This document shows positions 35,019 through 46,748 of a stretch of DNA of 64,000 bases, one piece after another (position 1 is the first letter of the stretch; each line of letters starts with the position of its first letter). The notes under the pieces were generated by a model. It was not told where the DNA came from. It worked only from the letters and a program-made list of their open reading frames with translations, and ran no database searches. The position numbers and the translations under genes were made by a program. This DNA is from Ramazzottius varieornatus (lineage: Eukaryota > Animalia > Tardigrada): positions 1,880,730 through 1,944,729 of the forward strand of contig BDGG01000007.1 of the NCBI GenBank assembly GCA_001949185.1, given 5' to 3'.

Positions 35019-37127
35019 TCAGTGTGTGTCGACAAAGCTATGGTACGAGGCCGGAGAAAAAGAGAATTGCTGACCGTTGGCAGAAGACCACTGGTAGTTC
35101 CAGACGTCCTGGTTCTCCGTCTTCCAGCTCCAATAGATCCATCCGCCAGCCTGTTCCCACACGTCCATCATCAGCTCCGTCCACTTGGTGTTCCACTCCC
35201 TCTGTCCCGCCGCGTCACAGTCGCAACCACTGGGATTGACTTGACGGCACAGTGGGCAGTTGAAGCCGCTGGACCATTCGCCCACCACGTAGGGCAAGAC
35301 CCGGCTGGCCTTTAGCACGTCGTCGGCCACCGTCGTGCAGTAGTAGCGCTCCAGCTCAGCTCGTGAGTAGCCGGCTCGCGGGTCTTCGGCGCCCCAGAAA
35401 GCGGCGTAGAGATGGCCGTCGACCACCTCGCTCGAGTATTTTGTCCGCTTCCAGAAGTCTTGCAGGTTGTGCTGGTTGGCGTCCTGGTATAGATCGTCCA
35501 TGATCACCACCTGTGTCGTGGGTAGCTTCGCCTTTACAGCTTCGTAGCCTTTCTGCAAAACGCAACTCACCCTTCACAGGTCAACGTGGCCAATTCAATT
35601 GAGCTTTTGGACGTCGGCAAATGCATTCGCTCGAAATGTCCCAACTGGCGCACCTTCGTAGCCAATAACAATGAGAGCGTGCGCCACTTGGGAGCCCAGC
35701 AAGATGGTTTCCTCAAGTCGCGTACGGTTAAAGCCAGTATCGTGTTAACGTGCGCCACTTGAGACAAGTTCGGGGCTGCAGTCACTTCGGGGCTTTCATT
35801 CATCGTACGTTATAATATCCCTTCAGGATGCGAACGCTTTGGCCGACAGGCTCATTGATTAGTTGAATAGCCGTGACGTAGTTTTTCAAGTCGCGGTTGG
35901 CCGCGACCTTCTCAGCAATGGCAGTGATGGCCGCCACCGACCGATCGATATTCTCCTGACTCTTGTCCCAAGCACCGGTGCCTCCAGGTGGCCCGGCATG
36001 CCCACTATGATCATTGTTGTTCTGACTTCCCGGTAAGCCGTGCAGGTCTATCCACGTCTTGATGCCCTTGGTGCCGGCGTACTTGACGATGGGTACCAAG
36101 TAGTCCCAGGCACCGGCCACAAAAGGCTCCTCGGCTTTCAAAGGCACCATTGACCAATACCCAATGGGGATTCGAATAGTATTCAGTCCCTGGGCGGCAA
36201 TTTGATCAATGTCAGACGTGGTGATAAAGGTGGACCAGTGTTGCTTCAGACGGCTCAAACACGCCGTTTTGCCCAAGGCTTGACAAAAGGTCCATTCATC
36301 CTCGGCTTGAGACGCCGCGCCGCTGAACAACGATCCCGTCATCCATTTCTCTAGACAAAAATCAATGTCCGAAATCTTCACAAAACTAATGTTTTTGATG
36401 GGCTTTTTTACCCAGAAGAAGCCATCCACCCAGGTTAACGCCTCGAATTTTGTCTCCGCATTCCATCATGTTTCGTCGAGCTGCCTTGATGCCCAGCACG
36501 CCTTCCCTCGAAGTGCCGGTTTTCTTCAAGGAACAGGTCGTGCCGCTGTATTGGTACAAAAAGCACTGGCGATCGTTTGCGCATCTACTTTGGCATTCAG
36601 CTTGTGTCGCTACATTGCCTGCAGTGCCCAGATCCAGACCTGAAAAGATACAACAACCACCGTTACAATTTGAGGGCAAACCAAGCGCGCGAGACAGGCC
36701 TATCAAATGGGGGCCAACTGACCTGTGACCCTCGAGTGAAAAAACTGCTGGAAAGTGCCTTCGGAGGTGACAACGCCGACTGTTCCTCTGCCTTCTTTCA
36801 AGGCCTTGACGTAGCAGTTACCCAGGGTGTAGGAGAGGTAGAAAAAGTCGCAGCTGGTGTTGGAGCGGCATGTTGCCCGGCATGTCTGGAAGTCGGTGTT
36901 GGCCAAAGAGGCCAGATCCTGTCCCGGCAGATCAGCGTAGCCCACAATCTCGAAATCATTATTCAAGTCTGCAAAGTGGCCCAGCGACAAAATCAGTTTA
37001 AAAACGATCAATGGTGGGTTGCTCCGCCCTTACCGCAGCCCGAAGACAGCGCAGAAACCTCACAGAAAGAAACCATCAAACACACTGTCGGCAAAAGAAA
37101 CTGGTATCGCATTGAGAAAGGAATCAT
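35019..37127 (-). CDS. Secreted GH5 exo-beta-1,3-glucanase (fungal Exg1-like) with two N-terminal PAN/apple domains, 5 exons
   Basis: Signal MIPFSMRYQFLLPTVCLMVSFCEVSA; PAN ADLPGQDL...CRATC...C...CYVK and ECQSRC...C...CSLK; KIRGVNLGGWLLLEKWMT, DEWTF, GLNTIRIPIGYW, IDLHGLPGSQN, acid/base INEP, nucleophile VGEWS, GWIYWSWKTE. Confidence 0.92.
35642..35761. repeat. Intronic palindromic repeat family (CAAGTGGCGCAC-N25-GTGCGCCACTTG, ~72-bp period); representative copy
   Basis: Related copies near 46348, 53927, 55330, 56616, 57490, 58510, 59036-59114, 62686 and 63851. Confidence 0.8.
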
Positions 37128-37703
37128 GCTTGCGTTTTCCGTCAGAAAAAGTAGTACAAATATCATCAAGACAAAGTTGCTCTGCAATAGGATAGCACAT
37201 CATGTCGGTCGAACGTCGACGGTTGCCTTTTATACAAGACATTGAAAACCTGTCAGGACAACTTCGATTACGGACTTCCTGATATTGTCGGAATTGGTGA
37301 GCAAACTCATCGAGATATGGCGTGGCTGACAAGGCGCCTAATCTCTTCTCCAGCCTCGCGGCGCCATTCCTGTTAGCATTGCGGTAAATGCGGTTTGCTT
37401 GTTGACCAACAGGGCACTCGTATTTGCAACGGAAGGTCACCCTAATGACCTTGGCAGATTTATGACTATTATGGAACCCCGAATTTTGCTCGCCATTCTT
37501 CCTGCTTCATTTTACAAGGAGTTAAACTACGCCGTACCGAGATAAAATTTGTCCAAGTGAGAAAACCTAAAACTCATTTCGCATTCCGGAAAAAGCAACG
37601 CACGGGAAAACCCTCCTGCATGTAACATCTCTTGCCATTCAATTAACATTCAAAAACGCTGAAATGTATGAAAATGAACGATGTACTCGAAAACAGAGGG
37701 AGT

Positions 37704-39988
37704 TTAGTCTTCATCGGCCGGATTCGCATTGACAATTTCGAAGGTGTCAGACTCGGAGGAGCCACTACTGCGCAGCTTCTCATCGTTATCTTTGTCTTCG
37801 GCGTCGTTGGAGGGATCTTCCAGCTCTGGCATGTCCGCCAGTGCCGGATCATCTTTAGACGTCACATGCTCTTCACCTGAAACAATGCTAACCGATACTT
37901 TCGATAACCTAAACCTATTTGAAAATCTTCTTCAGTGATAACAAGCCAAACAAGTATTACGCGTCACTGAAACGGCTAAATCTGACATGAACCAAGTCAA
38001 GCCGCGCACACATCCGTTTATACGGCCGACAAAGTGCGCGACTAGACCCGACAAACACAGGCTTGACCCCGTTTCCACGGAGCACAGTTTGTATTTAGCA
38101 GCACTTTACCTGTGTTGTCCTCGTCTTCTCTCCTGGCTTCTTTCTTCTTCTTCTTCCTCTGAGTGGGGGAGGAAGGTGACTCTGCTGGTTCTTCCTTCTG
38201 CTCCCCAGCTGGCTCGGCCGTTGCTTGATTACTGTCGCCGTCAGCCAGGGCCTCTTCATTGTCAGAAGTCTTGTCCTTCTTCTTCTTCTTATCCTTCTTC
38301 TTTTTGCTCTTGTCATCTTCCTGACCTTTACGTGTGAGGGAGTAGGCAGGGACGAAGGACTCGAGGAAGCCGCAATCTTCGGTCAAGTTGGGCAAGTACC
38401 AAAAGTAGATGTTGCCGGCGCTGACCAGCCACACGACACCAAAGACCACGTAGCGGACTAGAAGGACAGACAACTCGCTCATTACAAATGACCTCAGGAT
38501 TGCGCAGGATGGGCTTACAGAGAGATGCTCCGATGAGAAGTCCGATGAGGCCGACCATGACCAGGCTGAGGTAATAGACACCTTGACGGACGATCGGCGG
38601 CCACAGTGGAAAGAGACAGGCTCCGATCGACCCCAACACTGAAACAAACATTGTCGTTTTAACTCACACCTTAATCCCATTCTCATAAAAACCTCCAACC
38701 AGTTCGCTAGCTCGTTATACACTTAGAAATGCCGCCGAAGAAGTTCGCCGTCACAGGCTGTGACTCACAGCGGAATCTGTCGAGCTGGAAAAACCAAGAG
38801 GTGGGTACACACTTCAGGTACTTGCATACACAGACCGCATTATCTGACGCCAATGTTTTGTATGTAGGTTCAGGAGAACAGCCTCGTCTTATGGGATATT
38901 CGGTTCGGAAAGACCGTTATCGATTTTTGATCGTCATCCGCACCTTCCACACCATTTCACAAAAGCATAACTATGATAAAGAGCTTACCGATGATGGTTC
39001 CGATGGCAATGTTCTTGATGGAGGTGGGCTCGTAGAACCAAATGTAGGCGTCGTTGCTGTCCAAGAAGACGTTGTCGTAGTGCAACTCCAACCGAATCTT
39101 TTTCTTCTTCTTTTCGCTTTCCTTCGCATCGCTCTTGGGAGATTCAGGCTCATCCTGAGATTGCACAGGGAAACATACATGAAATTAATATCACAATGTT
39201 GTCTGTCAGCTGAAGTTTACCTCAGATTCATCGTCCGATTTGTCCTCTTCCGCCTCCTTCTTCACACTGGCTTTACTTTTATCTTTCTCTTTTTCCTTCT
39301 CCTTTCCCTTGTCCTTTTTACCATCCTTAGTCTTGGAACTTTTGCCTTCAACCTACATGAACAAGTAAATGATTAGGCAAAATCCTCTGCGAAACAAATC
39401 AGAAAAATTAACCTCGGAGGTTTCATCTTTGCCGTCTTTCTTTTTCTTGTCCTTCTTTTCGGGCTTCTTCACCACAATTTTCTCTCCACGAGCAAACAGA
39501 CCTAACTCCAAAAGCCTGCAACAGAAACGTAACTACAGGTAAGATATTCGACAAACAATCTATGGCGTAAAAAGGGACGTTTTACTTGTTGAGATAATCA
39601 ACGCAAGAATTGCGATTGAGAAATAGCAGCTGATCCGTCTTCTTATTGGCCTTTGCCCAAGGCGATTCCAGCAGAGTATCCACCGCACGGGATCCTATCG
39701 CAGAGAATAGGTTTGGTATAGTTCGACTCCCATTTTACGAATATTTTGGGATGATTTCCTTACCGATGAAATAGTAGACTTTATCGTCGAACAGTTTCGT
39801 CTGCTTTTTCGGGCACTTGTTCCGGACGTACTTTGCGATCTCGTAATCTTGCTTGCTGGGCTTGCCTTCGCCTTCATTATTCTACAAGACAAGAGACAAC
39901 CTCTCGCAGTTCAGATATGTGCATGCCAAAGCCAGCCTTGACTTACCGTTTTGTTGTTCTTTCCTTTGCGCTTCCGTACGGTCGACAT
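37704..39988 (-). CDS. SEC62: Translocation protein SEC62, multi-exon
   Basis: MSTVRKRK, IAKYVRNK...KVDYF, AVDTLLESPWAK, RLELHYDNVFLDSNDAYIWFYEP, GACLFPLWP, FWYLPNLTEDCGFLESFVPAY, and an acidic/basic tail. Confidence 0.95.
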
Positions 39989-40393
39989 GATGGACCCGTT
40001 GGGATAGATGAACCAGCGCGGCCCGGTGGAGATGATCCTGTCGGGAGAAAATGTCCTCGGAAGGATGCACAAGGAGAGAGTGGAATACAACTTTGTTGTC
40101 TTGACGTGGCCACGTTGTTTTTGATGGTTATTTTGATAATCAACCAGCTGTGAAGAACAAGTGAACAATCTGAAGCTGATAAGACATTGTTTCCGTGTGA
40201 CGTAGTCACAACCGATGGCTGGGCAGAAAGACACACTCGTCGACGAATTTTGGATAGGAATTTGATTTTGCAAAAAAGAGGTCCGAAGGGGTTCGATGGG
40301 TGGTGTGCTCGCATCGGGTAAGGCAGACACAAAGGCACGCCAGTTGTCGATGAGTCAGCGGAATGGCTCTTCGCTACATTGTATAAGTTTGTA

Positions 40394-40598
40394 CACGTAC
40401 GACAAGTAATTATTGGTCAGTATAAATTATGGGCCAGGCGGAAAAGACGGCAAAATGTAAATTCATAGTTTCATACTAGTGAAAAGGCGAAAAGTGTATC
40501 ACTGTGAATCAGTCGCGTATGTAAGTTCTTCCGTACCGATGCAACGAAGTGGCCTGGTCCACAACTTTTACTGAGCCATAATTTCTTCTCAATGCGCG
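40394..40598. mobile_element. MITE related to 5864-6207
   Basis: TA-CACGTACG...CAGGCGGAAAAGACGGCAA shared with 6052-6070. Ends ...GCGCG-TA. Confidence 0.6.
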
Positions 40599-41419
40599 TA
40601 CGTCAAATAAAAAGTCTGGAGCCTAGAGCGTGAGGTCACTGAGGTAGATTTTTCAGTGTCCTCTCCTACCATTTCCTTTGGAAAGATCTTTCAAATTTTG
40701 TAGGCTGAAGCTTCTGTTTGTGACGGAGATGACGTAGCGCGATGGCGGATGTGAACAACTGGGGATGGCAAGGATCGGCTAGGACCGTACCTCTGGTATA
40801 ATATTGTGATTGATTCGTCTCTCGCTTTCCGGAATGCCTTAATCCAACCAGCACGAAACAGCCCGTAGAATTTGTTTTAATCACCTTTGTTGTGGTGGTA
40901 CTGTCCTACAAGTTAGCGCTTTGACACCTTTTTTGTTCAAAGCTTTGCCCGGGAGGGGGGGGGCACAATATTCGCCAGAACTTCCCAGTCGAAAACAATG
41001 AGATATGTTGGCGAAAGTAAAGGTAATTATTTTGTGAGCATATGGTAGTCTGAATCGAACTTAGGTTTTGACATACCTCTGTAAGGCGCGACATGGAGCC
41101 GGCAGGCCTGGACTTCAGCTCCATAAGTTGCGCTCCGGTCCTTAAGATGTCGGTAGACCACGCTCGATGCCAGCAACCAGTAGCAGATATAAACCCAGAA
41201 AGCAGGTGCTCGACCATCAGTTTAGTCCCTTATCGCCACATAAAATTATTTTGTACTGCGCAGCCTCTTTTAGTCCGCAGAGAAGTACGTCTTACACGCC
41301 AAACAAGTGGGTGCTCTTTCCTGTATAAATTGAAGCTTTATATTCAAGAAGGATACCGTTGTGCGTCAAAGGTGTTCTTGTCTTGCCCCTACCTACTGAA
41401 ACTAGTGTCGTCACTACGG

Positions 41420-43539
41420 ATGGTCGGAATGTCGTCAGCCTTTGATCCGCCAAACGAGAAGACGTCTTTGCGCCTTGGCGAAGCCGTTGCTGCTGATGAC
41501 ATCCCAGCTGTGCTTCCAATCGGTCCATCTTCACAGAATGGAAGACTGTCCAGAATTAGCCCAGCTCTTCATCGTCTGTTGCGACCTCTGGTCAAGAGTA
41601 GCTACCCTTGCCCTGATTGCTCTAGCTCAACAGCACAACGTCTGAAATACCATCTTTTACTTCCGCCTAGCGGCATCGTCGCGCGTCTCATTACACTGCT
41701 TCTACTGGCCACTCTGACATGGGCCGCACTGTGGTCACTTTTTCCGGCAGAAATGCTACGAAAGAGCAGCATTTCCGGCCTGTACCTGCTGCTCTTGGCT
41801 GGACTGGTAGCAGGCTGGTTGGTCGAACGGATCAAATTAGCCCCGCTTCTGGGCATGCTCATCGTTGGCGTCCTCTTCCGCAACGTTTATCCCATTGACT
41901 TTGCAAAACACATCGATCGAAGCTGCAGTGGCGCCATACGGTAGTTTTGTGTTTTGCAAGAAAAACCTTTTTCCCTTTCTCCAAAAAAAAGGTTCGAACA
42001 GGGCCGTGTGCCCTGTACGGCCTTCTTAGCTTTTAATGGTAATATTAAGAGAAAACGGCGTAACAGGTTGAGCGAGTTATTTTGTCATCTTCTTCTTAGC
42101 CGGTTGAATGGACTTTGACTTGGCAGGAATATAGCTTTGGCCATCATCCTAACCAGAGCAGGACTTGGGTTGGAGCAGGAAGCAATCAAGAAGCGCTTTT
42201 GGGCCGTGATGAGTCTGGCCATCGTTCCCACCCTATCCATCACGGCTTTCATCACCCTTGTTGGACACTACATGAACGGTCTGCCCTGGCTCTTCAGTGC
42301 GGCTCTTGGGTTAGACTTTATCCCTTCCCATGACCCCGGCCAATCTAGAGTTTGTTCTGTCTTTTCAGGTTCCTCATCAGCGCCGTGTCGCCGGCCGTTA
42401 TCGTGCCCATTCTGCTGGTCTTCCAGGAGGAGAAGCTGGGTCAAGAAAAAGGTCTTCCTTCCCTGCTCATCGCCGCAGCCATCATCTGTGACGTGATTGC
42501 CATTTGCGGCAATAGCATCTGCCTGGGCATCGCCCTCTCCAACGGTATTGACGGTGGGATATCAATAATTGTAATCGTTCCTCAGGTCAGTCCAATGCAA
42601 CTAGCCAAGTTTGTCGCAAGGTAACCTACAATTCAACATTGCCGCCATCTTCCTCACTTTTATCGCCGGTATTGGCTTTGGCCTCTTTGCTGGATGGATC
42701 TTGACTCATTTCCCGGCCGGCGACGACGTCAGTATACAGCCGATATGCCAGCCATTCATTCAACGATGGTCACTGTCGACATTGTGCTTTCAGGATTGGG
42801 CCACAATATTCAGATTTATTTTGCTGGTTTGCACCGGCCTCCTTTGTATCTTCGGCTCAAAGGCAGTCAACCTGTCGGGAGCAGGAGCTCTGGCAGCGTT
42901 GATCGTGCCTATGGTAGCTGGCCAAGGCTGGCGAAGAAAAGGCTGTAGCGACAGCCTACAAGAAATATCCGTCTCCTTGAAGACTGGTTGGTTCATCTTC
43001 CAGCCTCTGCTCTTTGGACTGATCGGCGCGGCAGTCGACGTTACCTCTCTACAGAGGGATAAAGTCGGTATGGTCTCTTGCCATTGCCTCGCATAGACCA
43101 CCTTCTCTTCTTGAAGAACGATTTTTGACTGGCTTTTACAGGCTTGTTCATGGCCCTGCTCTTCAGCGCCCACGCCCTCCAACTGGCCGCTACCTACGTG
43201 GCCACTTGCAACTTTGGCTTCAACTGCAAAGAGAACTTGTTCTTGGCTATTGGCTTTCTGCCCAAAGCCACCATCCAGGCCGCAATCGGCTCGACGGCAC
43301 TGGACATTGCTACCAAGAACCAAATGGGACCCGACTTGATTCAGCTGGGCACCGATGTAAGACGGTAACATTTCATCTGCGATGAAAACTCAAAGTCTGG
43401 GTGTGTTTTGCAGACGCTAAACTGCGCCGTGCTGGCCATTCTCTTCTTCGCGCCGATAGGTGGCGTCCTGCTGATGGCAACCGGCAGACACCTCTTGGAC
43501 AAGCCCGCCCCAGCCACCCCACAGGCCCCTCGACCATAA
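41420..43539 (+). CDS. SLC9B: SLC9B/NHA-family cation/H+ antiporter (CPA2), multi-exon
   Basis: LAPLLGMLIVGVLFRN, AIILTRAGLGL, SAVSPAVIVP, KGLPSLLIAAA, FQPLLFGLIGA, FLPKATIQAAIG. Confidence 0.92.
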
Positions 43540-44289
43540 TATCCAACAATTACGCAGTGTCAAGCGGCAAACTGCCAGGATAATATAACTATCCTTGGTT
43601 GTGGTCCTCAGTCGAATCGTCCGGCTTGCTTTGACATTGTGAAGGATGAACAATCAGTCAACTGGCTCCGTTCTGCTAATACGTCCATGCGCTAACTCAT
43701 CAGGGGGTGATCCAACCTATCCTTGATTCCCTGAGCATATAACTCTTTGCCCAATCTGACTTGCCAGGATGTATCCCTCACATCGTCTAACATCGGTCGA
43801 TATTAAATGCAACTGTTTTGCGATAGCCGCCAGTAAAAAATATAATATAGGTGGGGACTTTGATGTTGGAATGAGATGTGGAGCTGTATTACTCACTGCA
43901 ACTCTGTGGTATCGCTCCGCCGGGACTTTCCAGCAATTAATTCTAAAAGTCAGCATTAACTGCACCCAAGTCAAAGTTCAGCCAGCACACACAATTAAGG
44001 CAAATACTGCAATGACGAACTCCCTAGTAATGCAAATGGGACTTTAACTGGTCAACCTATTGAAGTGATAACCCATACAATCTCCAGCTGACTGATAACA
44101 GACGATAACCCTTCAAAAGTCAGGCGTTCGATCAGTACCGTCACGCAGCCAGCTTCCAACGTTGCCAGACTTCGAGGCTAACACTGCAAAGCCTTTCGTT
44201 GGCTTTATCGTTGGCGTCCTTCTCTTGCCGGAAACTTTCCTATTCTCCGAGCGAGTAAATCATTGTGACCTTTTAGGTCTTGATCTAGC

Positions 44290-44556
44290 ATGTCTTGGCC
44301 TCAGTATCCCACCAACGTCGGCTACCCAGCGGGAAGTGCCCCTCCCCCATACTATCCTCCTCCTGCCTACCCCGCTGCAGCTGTCCAGCCCGTCTACGCC
44401 GCTCCACCCTTCCAGCCTGTCTACTATCCCCAACCTGTCCATCAGACGGTGGTCTACCGCGATCCCCACTGCCACACCAGCAGCATCGGCGGCGGACTGC
44501 TTCATGGTCTGCTCTATGGTTCGCACCACGACTATCATCATCATCATCACTGCTAA
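44290..44556 (+). CDS. 88-aa Pro/Tyr-rich protein with PPPY motif and His-rich C-terminus
   Basis: Coherent composition and C-ending codon bias. GYPAGSAPPPYYPPPAYP...GGGLLHGLLYGSHHDYHHHHHC. Confidence 0.7.
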   Translation: MSWPQYPTNVGYPAGSAPPPYYPPPAYPAAAVQPVYAAPPFQPVYYPQPVHQTVVYRDPHCHTSSIGGGLLHGLLYGSHHDYHHHHHC

Positions 44557-45221
44557 CCAGTTGTCTCCCTTAGATTTACACGCCAACTATGTCGCCCTAT
44601 AACTAGCTTTCTAATCTTACATGTACTTGGATCCATGCTGAATGCCGACCATGCATTTGGAAAATATTTAATGTATTAGTAAAATTGTTAGCGAGAATCC
44701 CTATGAAGTGTATGCGTGTTCAGGCCACATTACTGTAGGGTGCGCAATTACAGCCCAATCTACAGTGTTTGGACCGCAGATGTACTGGTTGCCAACAACA
44801 GCGGGACAAGGATAAGGAAGTTAGTAAGAAAAACGGAAGCGCAAAGAGAGAATTAATGGCTGCGGAAGACTTCCTTGTCCAGCTTCATATCCTGTTACGA
44901 GTAGGCCGTCGCGTACGCCGACCCTCCATTGATCGATCTGCCTTTAGGTATCAATTATTCTGCCATGCCTTTATCACCGTGTACTGTACTCGACAACTCA
45001 TCGAAAAGTCGTCTGAGACATCTGGTACAGCCAACTTAGGCCTTTGCAACACTAGATCTTTCCCACTCGCACCTTAGTTATATTGAATATTGTCGGTATT
45101 CCGTATTCATACAACGGTCTTGTCTGAAATCAATGCCACGGCGACTAACCCAAGGGCATTTCCGACGACGCGGAAATGAACTGACGAAAGAATGTCTGCA
45201 ACTACCGCATTTCATCCTGCA

Positions 45222-45228
45222 TATAAAA
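45222..45228 (+). promoter_or_regulatory. TATA box of the secreted low-complexity gene
   Basis: TATAAAA 97 bp upstream of ATG 45319, with an Inr-like TCAGC at ~45256. Confidence 0.45.
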
Positions 45229-45318
45229 ACTCACCGTAAAAAATAAAAACCCAACTCAGCACATTCGCTTTCTGCGCATCACCAGTTCCACAGCATTATA
45301 TCGCCCAAGTTTTCCACC

Positions 45319-46748
45319 ATGTTTTTCAAGGTTGTGATCGGTTCGCTGTGCTTGGCCTTGGCCGTTGCAGCTCCCACTGCCCTTATGGGATCCAACTTCC
45401 AGTCCATCCGTAAGTGTCGCTGGACAAATATTGCCCTTACTTCCGTTGTACTGTTTGTAATGTCGATTGCCCTCCGTACGCAGTTCCCAACCAAGGACCT
45501 GAAGTGATCGGTTTCGGCAATGCGGCGCGCTTCGACAAGTTTGGTACTCCGCTGGCCACCAGCCTGGGCTCTGAAGTCCAAGGCTCGCAGCTAGGTGTCC
45601 AGCAAGGCCAAGCCGCTGGCTCGGGTGCCGCAGCCGGCCAGTCCGCTGCCGGTGGCCAGGGCTCGTCCAGCAGCATCAACCAGGCCGACCAACTATCCAC
45701 CGCCAACCAAAGCAGCGTCCAGGCTGTCAGCGCCAACACCGCTCAAGGTATATCCATCGACAAGCCATTTCCCCTACTTTCTTGACACTTCTGATTTCTC
45801 TTCCAGGAACCAGCGGTTCCAACGCCGGCGGAGCGGCTCAGGCCAGCGGTCAACTACAGACTGCCCAGCAAATGCAAGCCAGTATGGGCAAGAAGACTTC
45901 TTCCTTGTTGATGCCTGTCGGTCCACTGGTCAACAGCAACCTCGGCAAGAACCACAATAACTTTGGCTTGAGTGGCATGCAAGCCATCAAACCCATGAGC
46001 AGCATGTCCGCTAAACCTGCCGTCCTTGCTCCCGTTGTAGCTACTCCCGTTGTAGCTACTCCCGTTGTAGCTACTGCCGTTGTTGCCACGCCCGTTGATG
46101 CCACTGCTGTCCATGCCGTTCCCGTTATCGCCACCGCCAACATGCAAGGTGCCACTCTGATTCAAGCTGACCAGTCTGCCGGACAAGGAAACGCTGCTGC
46201 CGCCGGTAAGAAGCTCAGTCCTGCCAAATTATTTGTTTTCAGTGTTACCTTTTTTCTTACTAAGTTGCCACTCAACTAGGTGCCGGGCCCGGCTTATTCA
46301 CGATTTCGTACATAGAAAAAAGGCGAAATTAGTGTGCTCCACGTTCACCAGTGGCGCACGTTGCCAGTTATCTTAGCTACTAGCGTGCGCCACTCGCAAA
46401 AAAACGATGTGTTCAAGTAGGGTTGCCGCGGCGAGCTCTCCACTACCAGTGGTATAACCATGGGCTTTTTGCGACGCTGGTACGTGCAGTTTCGAGCTCA
46501 TGGGTTTTGGGTTTTGTGCAGGTAACGCCGGAGCGGAAGGAAACAGCCAGAGCGCTAGTGTCAATCAAGCCAACCAGTCCGCTGACCAGAGCAAGTCCCA
46601 AGCTTCCGGAGTGAGCGCCAACCAAGCGGCCGGAACCAATCCCAATGCCAACGGAGCTGCGACCGCAACCGCGCAACATTCCTCTGGAGGAAGCAAGTCT
46701 CTCAGTGAACAAAGCCACAGCACCGTCACCGGAACCCACAATGCCTAA
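45319..46748 (+). CDS. Secreted Ala/Gly/Gln/Ser/Asn-rich repetitive protein, 4 exons
   Basis: Signal MFFKVVIGSLCLALAVA, three phase-1 GT-AG introns, two homologous G/A/Q/S blocks flanking (PVVAT)n. Confidence 0.85.
46030..46135 (+). repeat. 15-bp coding tandem repeat (PVVAT)
   Basis: CCCGTTGTAGCTACT x3 followed by degenerate copies. Confidence 0.85.

Noticed and set aside
35019-37127. GH5 gene as fungal contamination
   Set aside because: It has host-like introns, a host repeat copy in an intron, and is contiguous with metazoan SEC62 without a gap.
36577-37245. 222-aa plus-strand ORF
   Set aside because: Antisense shadow of the GH5 PAN exons with no independent motif.
38729-39376. 215-aa plus-strand hydrophobic ORF
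   Set aside because: Antisense to Lys/Glu-rich SEC62 exons. The Phe/Leu richness is the complement of AAG/GAA codons.
42790-43371. 193-aa minus-strand ORF
   Set aside because: Antisense shadow of SLC9B exons.
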